DNA of 22,363 nucleotides from an uncultured bacterium (GTDB lineage: Bacteria > Gemmatimonadota > Gemmatimonadetes > Gemmatimonadales > Gemmatimonadaceae). Under the pieces are notes generated by a model. The model searched no databases. It saw only the letters and a program-made list of their open reading frames with translations, and had not been told where the DNA came from. A program made the position numbers and the translations under genes. Below are positions 8,616-17,068 of this stretch, one piece after another. Position 1 is the first letter of the stretch. Each line of letters begins with the position of its first letter. The stretch spans positions 1 to 22,363 of the forward strand of contig CAXBQP010000049.1 of NCBI GenBank assembly GCA_963978095.1. Reading direction: 5' to 3'.

Positions 8616-8707
8616 GTGTGCACTCCGGAAGGATGCGGTTGAGGGTGGAGCTGCTCTCCCACCCAACGGGGCGCGCCCTCGGAAGGTGTCGCGCCCCCCG
8701 GGACCGG

Positions 8708-9877
8708 TCAGAGGACCGAGAAGGCCTGTTCGAGGTCGGCGAGGAGGTCCTCGACGTCCTCGACCCCGCAGGAGAGCCGGATCAGCCCTTCGGTCACTCC
8801 GAGCTTCTGGCGCCGCTCGAGCTCCACCGAGGCATGCGTCATTGACGCCGGGTGGCTGATGAGCGACTCCACCCCGCCCAGCGACTCGGCGAGCGAGAAG
8901 ACCTTCACGCGGCGGAGCACCTTGTCGGCGTTCTCCTTGGTGCCCGTCTCCACCGAGATCATCCCACCGAACCCGGACATCTGCTTGCGCGCCAGCTCGT
9001 GCTGCGCGTGCGAGGGCAGCCCCGGATAGAACACCCGTTCCGCCCCCATCCGCTGCGCGAGCCAGCCGGCGATCTGGCGCCCGTTGGCATCGTGCTGCCG
9101 CATGCGGAGCGCGAGCGTCTTGGTGCCGCGGAGCGCGAGCCATGCGTCCATCGGCCCCGGGTTCGCGCCGCCGGCATTGAGGATGAACTGCAGCCGCGCG
9201 CCCAGATCGTCGTCGTTGAGCAGGACGATTCCGCCGATCATGTCGCTGTGGCCGTTCAGATACTTGGTGGTCGAATGGAAGACCAGGTCGGCGCCGAACT
9301 CGAGCGGGCGCTGGAAATACGGCGACGCGAAGGTGTTGTCGACGATCAGCAGCACCCCGCGCCGCTTCGCGATCTCGCCGGCGGCGGCGAGGTCGGTGAG
9401 GCGCATGAGCGGGTTCGTCGGCGTCTCGAGGAAGAGGGCCTTCGTGTTCGGCTGGATCGCCTCCTCGATCAGCTGCGGGTCGCGCGTGTCGACGAAGCTG
9501 AACGATACCCCGAATCGCGTGAGGACCTTGTCCATCAAGCGATACGTGCCACCGTACACGTTCTCGCCGACCACGAGGTGATCGCCCGCGCTGAAGAGCT
9601 TGAGGATCGCATCGGTGGCGCCCACGCCGCTCGAGAAGGCGAAGCCGTGGCGCGCCCCTTCCAGCGCCGCGACGTTGCGCTCGAGCGCCTCACGCGTGGG
9701 ATTCTTGCCCCGCGCGTACTCATATCCCTTGTTGACCCCCAGGCCATCCTGGACGTAGGTCGAGGTCTGCACGATCGGCGGCATGATGGCCCCGGTCGTC
9801 GGATCCGGGCGCTGCCCCGCATGGATGGTGCGGGTGGCGAACCGATAAGCGAAATCCTCGTCGAAGGCGCGGGTCAT
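8708..9877 (-). CDS. metB: Cystathionine gamma-synthase / gamma-lyase (PLP transsulfuration enzyme; exact specificity not resolvable from sequence)
   Basis: FATRTIHAGQ, YEYARGKNPTR, ETPTNP, VDNTFASP, PLP lysine in HSTTKYLNGHSD, LAESLGGVESL, LIRLSCGVED; start MTRAFDEDF at 9877. Confidence 0.88.
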   Translation of the reverse strand: MTRAFDEDFAYRFATRTIHAGQRPDPTTGAIMPPIVQTSTYVQDGLGVNKGYEYARGKNPTREALERNVAALEGARHGFAFSSGVGATDAILKLFSAGDHLVVGENVYGGTYRLMDKVLTRFGVSFSFVDTRDPQLIEEAIQPNTKALFLETPTNPLMRLTDLAAAGEIAKRRGVLLIVDNTFASPYFQRPLEFGADLVFHSTTKYLNGHSDMIGGIVLLNDDDLGARLQFILNAGGANPGPMDAWLALRGTKTLALRMRQHDANGRQIAGWLAQRMGAERVFYPGLPSHAQHELARKQMSGFGGMISVETGTKENADKVLRRVKVFSLAESLGGVESLISHPASMTHASVELERRQKLGVTEGLIRLSCGVEDVEDLLADLEQAFSVL

Positions 9878-9912
9878 GGGTCGTGGGCCGGGCGTGGGAG
9901 AGATGCCGGAAT

Positions 9913-11343
9913 CTAACGGGTGATGGTGATGACGCTCGGTTGCTTGTAGGCCGACAGGCGGGCCTCGCACCAGCGGCGGACCTCCGCTTCGGTGACGGCA
10001 CCGGCGATCTCGACCGCCACATCGTTCTCGCGTGACGGCTCGGGAACCGCCCAGGCGCGGACCGTGGTCACGCCGGGGAGCGCGCCGATCACCCGCTCCA
10101 CCTCGCGCGGATACACGTTAAATCCATTGCGCGTGAACATCGCCTTCAGGAGACCGAGGAAGCGGACGGTCCCGTCGCCGGCACGGACGCCGTGGTCCCC
10201 GGTGTGCAGCCAGCCGTCGCGCACGCGGAGACCGGTGGTGGCGTCCTGGAGGTACCCGCTGAACACATTGGGGCCGCGCACGCAGATCTCGCCGGGCGTG
10301 CCATCCGGCAGCTCGTGCCCCATCTCCGGATCGCGGATCGTCACGTCGCACCCGGGCATCGCGACCCCGAGAGTCCCGCGTCGGTTCGGGAGTCCGACCC
10401 GGTTGAAGAGCGCCACCGGAGCCGATTCCGTGAGCCCGTACCCCTGCCGCAGTTCCTGTCCGGTCGCCGCGAACCAGCGATCCTGCAACGCCTCCGCGAG
10501 CGGCGCCCCGCCGCAGATGCACAACAGCGAGTCGGGGAGGGGCACCGTGCCCCCTCGCCGCTCGATCACGGCCAGCAGCCCCGCGAAGATCGCCGGCACC
10601 CCACTCACGAAGGTGATCTCCCCGCTCGCCAGCCGATCGAGCACCACGATGGGGTTGAACCGTGGGACGGTGCTCACCGTGCCACCCGCGAGCAGGGGGC
10701 CCGTCAACGTCCCCGTCAGCCCGAAGAGATGGGCGAACGGGAGCACCGCGAGCACATGCGTCCGCCGCGTGAAGGCGGCGGCCTCCACGGTCTGCCGTGC
10801 GTTCGCGATGAGCGCCCGATGCGAGAGACGCGCACCCAGGGTGCGCCCCGCCATCCCCGAGGTGAACACCACGGCGCACTCCTCGTCGCGCCCTCCCGCG
10901 TCAGTCTCCACGTCGAGCGCCAGTCCGTGATGCGTCCCGAGGTCCACCGTTCGGGCGTCGCCCCCAATGCACACCTCGGCCGTGCGCGGCGCCTCATCGA
11001 GCAGAACGAAGGGAAATCCAGCCGGCAGGCGCTCCGCGAGCGCACGCACGGTGAACACGACGCCGACCTCCGCGTCCGCGATCTGTTCCGCGATCTCGGT
11101 CGGCGCTGCGAGCGGGTTGATCAGCACGGCCCCGCGGCCGTCGCTGGCGGCGAGGGCGGTGAGGAAGGCCGGGCTCGATGGGAGCAACAGCGCGGACCGC
11201 TTGCGCGACAGCGCTCGCACGAGCACGGCACTGCGCTGCAGCAGCGTGAACCCCGCCGCGACGAGCGCCTGCGCCGGGATCCCGTCGATGGACCCGCCAC
11301 CGGCGGCGATGGCGAGGGGAAGGAGCGTTTCCGAGTCTTTCAC
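9913..11343 (-). CDS. AMP-binding (class I adenylate-forming, acyl-CoA synthetase-like) protein with atypical motifs
   Basis: FTSGMAG (degenerate P-loop), LPFAHLFG, GGAPL, QGYGLTE, GEICVRGPNVFSGY, WLHTGD, NGFNVYPREVE, LSAYKQP. Start is either GTG 11343 (preferred; -10-like TACCTT 7 nt upstream) or ATG 11379. Confidence 0.85.
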   Translation of the reverse strand: MKDSETLLPLAIAAGGGSIDGIPAQALVAAGFTLLQRSAVLVRALSRKRSALLLPSSPAFLTALAASDGRGAVLINPLAAPTEIAEQIADAEVGVVFTVRALAERLPAGFPFVLLDEAPRTAEVCIGGDARTVDLGTHHGLALDVETDAGGRDEECAVVFTSGMAGRTLGARLSHRALIANARQTVEAAAFTRRTHVLAVLPFAHLFGLTGTLTGPLLAGGTVSTVPRFNPIVVLDRLASGEITFVSGVPAIFAGLLAVIERRGGTVPLPDSLLCICGGAPLAEALQDRWFAATGQELRQGYGLTESAPVALFNRVGLPNRRGTLGVAMPGCDVTIRDPEMGHELPDGTPGEICVRGPNVFSGYLQDATTGLRVRDGWLHTGDHGVRAGDGTVRFLGLLKAMFTRNGFNVYPREVERVIGALPGVTTVRAWAVPEPSRENDVAVEIAGAVTEAEVRRWCEARLSAYKQPSVITITR

Positions 11344-11414
11344 CGGGGGAAAGGTACCCTTCGGGGCGCACTTCGCCATCTGCCCAAACCCCGCCGCCAG
11401 CGGTAAATTCCGTC

Positions 11415-12791
11415 ATGGGCAACTCTACCGATCCGCGCCTCATGATCAGCGTCTCCGGCATCCGGGGACGCGTTGGCCACGGTCTCTCGCCGGAGGTCGT
11501 CGCACGCTACGCCGCGGCGTTCGGCGCCTGGGCGATCGCCACGGGACCGTCCAAGGCCGTCGTGCTCGGGCGCGACAGTCGGGTGTCCGGACCGATCTTC
11601 CATCAGATCGCCCGGGCCTCGCTCGAGGCCGCCGGGGCGAACGTGATCGACCTCGGGATGACCACGACCCCGACGCTCCAGATGGCGGTCGAACACCACC
11701 ACGCGGCGGGTGGGCTCTGCATCACCGCGAGCCACAATCCGATCGAGTGGAACGCCCTCAAATTCATCGGACCCTCGGGGCTCTTCCTGAGCGCCGACGA
11801 AGGTCGCGAGATGCGCGCCCTCGTCGAGAGCGGGATCCCGTACGCGACGTGGGACACCCTCGGCACCACGCAGTTCGACGGCGACGCGATCACGCGTCAT
11901 ATCCAGCAGGTGCTGAAGCTTCCGTTCATCAACGTCGAGGCGATCCGCGCCCGCGGCTTCCGTGTCGCGTACGACGCCTGCGCCGGGGCCGGAGGGGCCA
12001 TCATCCCGCACCTGCTCGAGCTGCTCGGCTGTGAGGTCCACGAGATCAACGTGCGGGCCGACGGGCGATTCCCGCGTCCGCCCGAGCCCGTCGCCGAGAA
12101 CCTGAAGGAGCTCGAAAAGCTGGTGAAGGACACGGGAGCGCAGGTCGGTTTCGCGACCGACCCGGATGTGGACCGCCTGGCGCTCGTTTCCGACACGGGC
12201 GAAGCGATCGGCGAGGACTACACGCTGGCCCTCGCGTCCCGGGTCGTTCTGCGACATCGGAAAGGACACGTCGTCACGAATCTCTCGACGAGCCGCGTGC
12301 TCGACGATGCCGCCGCCGAGTTCGGGCAGCGCGTCATCCGCGCCCCCGTCGGCGAGGTCAACGTGGCGCTGCGGATGAAGAAGGAGCACGCCGTGATCGG
12401 CGGCGAGGGCAACGGCGGTGTGATTCTCCCCGAGCTGCACTTGGGGCGCGATGCGCCACTCGGCGTGGCGCTGGTCTTGCAACTGATGCTGGAGGATTCG
12501 CGCCCGATCTCGCAGATGGTCGCGGATGCGCCGCGCTATGCCATTCTCAAGGACAAGCTCGACCTCCCCAACGCGCCGTTGGACACCGTCTACGCCGCGC
12601 TCCGCGCGGCGTTCCCCGAAGCTGAGGCCGACACGCAGGACGGCCTGCGCCTCGGCTGGCCGGATCGGTGGGTGCACGTGCGCCCGTCGGGGACGGAGCC
12701 GATCGTCCGGGTGATCGCCGAAGCCCCCACGCGCGACGAGGCGGCGCAGTTGGTGCAGCGCGGACGGCAGTTGCTGGCGCAACTCGCGTAA
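11415..12791 (+). CDS. glmM: Phosphoglucosamine mutase (alpha-D-phosphohexomutase family)
   Basis: SVSGIRG, GRDSR, catalytic TASHNP, metal-binding DPDVDR, GEGNGG, RPSGTEP; adjacent to glmS. Confidence 0.9.
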   Translation: MGNSTDPRLMISVSGIRGRVGHGLSPEVVARYAAAFGAWAIATGPSKAVVLGRDSRVSGPIFHQIARASLEAAGANVIDLGMTTTPTLQMAVEHHHAAGGLCITASHNPIEWNALKFIGPSGLFLSADEGREMRALVESGIPYATWDTLGTTQFDGDAITRHIQQVLKLPFINVEAIRARGFRVAYDACAGAGGAIIPHLLELLGCEVHEINVRADGRFPRPPEPVAENLKELEKLVKDTGAQVGFATDPDVDRLALVSDTGEAIGEDYTLALASRVVLRHRKGHVVTNLSTSRVLDDAAAEFGQRVIRAPVGEVNVALRMKKEHAVIGGEGNGGVILPELHLGRDAPLGVALVLQLMLEDSRPISQMVADAPRYAILKDKLDLPNAPLDTVYAALRAAFPEAEADTQDGLRLGWPDRWVHVRPSGTEPIVRVIAEAPTRDEAAQLVQRGRQLLAQLA

Positions 12792-12819
12792 TCCTCTCTT
12801 TCTCGAGACTCGCTATCGT

Positions 12820-14646
<1,827 letters not shown>

Positions 14647-14664
14647 TCCGGGAGACGCATCAGC

Positions 14665-14700
14665 ACCGGGGGCCTCGGCGTTCTCGTCGAGGCCCCCGGT
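14665..14700. terminator. Terminator-like hairpin between convergent glmS and the TPR-like gene
   Basis: ACCGGGGGCCTCG...CGAGGCCCCCGGT, a 13-bp perfect inverted repeat; no strong U-tract. Confidence 0.65.
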
Positions 14701-15341
14701 CAGCTCCGGGGACGGTGGTCGACGAACCGATCCGCCTTGATCGCGGTGATCGCTCGTCGTGCGGCCTCTGCCTCGCGGGTTCCGGGGGACGCGTCCACCA
14801 GCCGTCGCAACTCCACGAGCGCCCGCCCGTGGTCCTGCAGCGGACCGAGATAGAGATCGATCAGCTTCTGCGCAGCGTACAGGCGCAGTTCGGCGCCAGT
14901 CGCCGGCAGGTCGCGGGCCTGGAGGAACAGGTCGCGCGCCCGTTCCGGTTGGCCGAGTCGCTGACGGTAGAGTTCGCCCGCCCGAATCAGCGGCCACGGA
15001 TTGCCGGGTTGCTCGACGGCGACCGCTTCCCACGCCGCCACCGCCTCGAGGTAACGCTCCTGCACCTCGAGCGCCTGGATGGCGGAATGCCCGTGCGTGT
15101 ACGTGCCCGCGGCAGTCGGCAGCAGGGTTTCCCGGGCGACGACGCCCGAGGCACGAACCACGAAACCGCCGATCGCGGAGCCCGCGAGGAAGCCGACGAC
15201 CGCCAACACGGGGAGCAACGCCAAGCTGCCGCGCGACGTGCCGAGGCCGACGATACCCCAGACGACCATGATGCCCGCGCAGGTGCCTCCGGCGACGCCC
15301 CCGTCGTGGACCCAGCGCAGATAGCGTTCGCTCGTGGACAT
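14700..15341 (-). CDS. Hypothetical membrane protein with two N-terminal TM helices and a C-terminal TPR-like region
   Basis: Hydrophobic GGTCAGIMVVWGIVGL and LALLPVLAVVGFLAGSAIGGF; helical repeats YLEAVAAWEAV...PGNPWPLIRAGELY...PERARDLFLQAR. Fills the gap between glmS and dtd. Confidence 0.7.
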   Translation of the reverse strand: MSTSERYLRWVHDGGVAGGTCAGIMVVWGIVGLGTSRGSLALLPVLAVVGFLAGSAIGGFVVRASGVVARETLLPTAAGTYTHGHSAIQALEVQERYLEAVAAWEAVAVEQPGNPWPLIRAGELYRQRLGQPERARDLFLQARDLPATGAELRLYAAQKLIDLYLGPLQDHGRALVELRRLVDASPGTREAEAARRAITAIKADRFVDHRPRS

Positions 15342-15358
15342 GGTGTATCCTACGTCGC

Positions 15359-15796
15359 ATGCGCGTATTGCTCCAGCGGGTATCGCGGGCCGAGGTCCGC
15401 GTGGGTGACCGGCTGACCGGTCGCATCGGGGTCGGGTATCTGTTGCTCGTCGGCTTCAGCACGACCGACGTGCCGGCGTCTAGCGTCTGGATGGCCGACA
15501 AGATCGCCGGGCTCCGGCTCTTCTCCGACGGGGAGGGGAAGATGAACCTCGGCCTCGACGAGGTCGGAGGGGCGGTGCTCGTCGTGTCGCAGTTCACCCT
15601 GTACGGGGACGCGACCAAGGGACGGCGCCCGAGCTTCATCGAGGCGGCGCGCCCGGAGACGGCGATCCCGCTCTATGAGGGATTCCTGCGCCTGCTGCGC
15701 GAACGGGGAATCCCGGTGGAAACCGGGGAGTTCGGCGCCATGATGGATGTGGAGCTCGTGAACGACGGCCCGGTTACGCTCTGGCTCGAACGCTGA
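15359..15796 (+). CDS. dtd: D-aminoacyl-tRNA deacylase
   Basis: MRVLLQRVSRA, LVVSQFTLYGD, GRRPSF, GEFGAMMDVELVNDGPVT. Confidence 0.97.
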   Translation: MRVLLQRVSRAEVRVGDRLTGRIGVGYLLLVGFSTTDVPASSVWMADKIAGLRLFSDGEGKMNLGLDEVGGAVLVVSQFTLYGDATKGRRPSFIEAARPETAIPLYEGFLRLLRERGIPVETGEFGAMMDVELVNDGPVTLWLER

Positions 15797-15812
15797 GTTA
15801 TCGTTCCTCCCC

Positions 15813-16406
15813 ATGAGCATCCCCGTCATCCTCGCATCGGCGTCACCCCGTCGCCGAGAACTCCTGACGCTGATCGGCATCCCGCATGAGGTGCGTCCGG
15901 CAGACATCGATGAGACGCTCTTCCCGGGGGAGAGCCCGGTCGGGCACTCGGAGCGGCTTGCGCGCGGCAAGGCGCACGCGATCGCGGCGCGCGCTGGCGA
16001 CGCAGTGGTCATCGCGGCCGACACGATCGTCGTCGTCGACGGCGACATCCTCGGCAAGCCGCGCGACGTGGCGCATGCCGCCGAGATGTTGCGGCGACTG
16101 AGCGGCCGTCAGCACACCGTGTTCACCGCAGTCGCGGTCGCGCGCGGCGCGCAGACCGAATCGGCGGTGGAGTCGGTAGAGGTGGTGTTCCGGGCGCTGA
16201 CCGACGAGGAGATCAGCGCGTACATCGCGACGGGCGAGCCGATGGACAAGGCGGGGGCGTACGGCATCCAGGGCTACGGCGCGACGATTGTCGAGCGCGT
16301 CGAGGGCGACTACTTCAGTGTGATGGGGCTGGGGATGCGACGGCTCGTGGCGCTCCTGGAGCGGGTCGGCGTGCGCTATCGGTTCGGCGCACCGCTCGAG
16401 GGGTAG
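15813..16406 (+). CDS. maf: Maf-family nucleoside triphosphate pyrophosphatase (YhdE/dTTP-UTP type)
   Basis: ILASASPRRRELL, IAADTIV, ILGKP, LSGRQHTVFT, GEPMDKAGAYGIQG, GDYFSVMGL. Confidence 0.95.
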   Translation: MSIPVILASASPRRRELLTLIGIPHEVRPADIDETLFPGESPVGHSERLARGKAHAIAARAGDAVVIAADTIVVVDGDILGKPRDVAHAAEMLRRLSGRQHTVFTAVAVARGAQTESAVESVEVVFRALTDEEISAYIATGEPMDKAGAYGIQGYGATIVERVEGDYFSVMGLGMRRLVALLERVGVRYRFGAPLEG

Positions 16407-16463
16407 GGACCAACAGCGCCGCGCGCGCCGGACCGCGAAGGGCGCGCCGCGAGAGCCGATCGG

Positions 16464-16898
16464 TCAGGCTGGGAGCAGTCGCTCCAGCTCCGCTCGCTGC
16501 CGCACGAGGTCGGCGAGCGTGACGCCGTCGAGCACGGCGAGGAAGGCCGCGAGCGCGCGGTCGAGCGTTCCGGCGATCATGCAGGCCGGCGCGATCGGGC
16601 AGCTCACATCGGCGTCCTGCTCGAAGCACTCGACGAGCGCCATGCACTCTTCCGTGGCACGTACGACATCGCCGATGATGATGGCTTCGGGTGGCTTGGC
16701 CAGCCGCACACCACCCGACCGTCCGCGGGTGGTCTCGACGTAACCGAGTTGGGCGAGACGCCCGATCACCTTGAACAGGTGGTCTTCGGACATGCGCATG
16801 CGCCGGGAGATCTCGGGCACGGTGATCGACGCGCCGTCAGTGATGCCGAGGAAGGTCAAGCAGCGCAACGCGTTATCGGTATAACGAGTCAGTCGCAT
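16464..16898 (-). CDS. nsrR: Rrf2-family transcriptional regulator, NsrR-like (NO-sensing Fe-S repressor)
   Basis: MRLTRYTDNALRCL, SEDHLFKVI, ETTRGRSGGVRLAKPP, GDVVRATE, three-Cys cluster LVECF...SCPIAPAC; SD GGAG upstream. Confidence 0.85.
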   Translation of the reverse strand: MRLTRYTDNALRCLTFLGITDGASITVPEISRRMRMSEDHLFKVIGRLAQLGYVETTRGRSGGVRLAKPPEAIIIGDVVRATEECMALVECFEQDADVSCPIAPACMIAGTLDRALAAFLAVLDGVTLADLVRQRAELERLLPA

Positions 16899-16962
16899 GG
16901 GCTACTCCGTTGAGCAACGTAGGGGAAAGACGGACGGAACTTCGGGTTCTGTCGGACTTTTG

Positions 16963-16985
16963 AAGTTGCAGACAAGCTGCAGCTT
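16963..16985. promoter_or_regulatory. Putative NsrR/Rrf2 operator (11-1-11 inverted repeat)
   Basis: AAGTTGCA-GACAAGC-TGCAGCTT has the same 23-bp geometry and AAGnTGCA half-site as the known NsrR box (AAGATGCA-N7-TRCATCTT); it lies in the nsrR/nosZ divergent intergenic region. Confidence 0.7.
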
Positions 16986-17068
16986 TTGTGCGTTCCCGTC
17001 AGTCGGGTGATGTCCCGACACGGAGCAGGGGTTCCACGAAGCTCATTCCCCACGCACGAGGTACGAAG

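Noticed and set aside
8616..8707. Possible riboswitch or structured RNA between metB and the M48 gene
   Set aside because: Only short imperfect GC-rich stems; no SAM or purine riboswitch signature recognised.
12792..12819. glmS ribozyme
   Set aside because: The glmM-glmS gap is only 28 bp, too short to hold it.
16407..16463. Mobile-element boundary or att site at the edge of the nos cluster
   Set aside because: No direct repeats, terminal inverted repeats, tRNA, integrase or transposase visible.
17002..17019. GTCGGG-N6-CCCGAC palindrome as an FNR/DNR box
   Set aside because: It does not match TTGAT-N4-ATCAA, and 6-bp GC-rich arms can occur by chance; at most a 5' UTR hairpin.
16988..17068. 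Longer nosZ start at GTG 16988
   Set aside because: It abuts the operator and has no SD; ATG 17069 has GAGG and gives a normal Sec-type signal.
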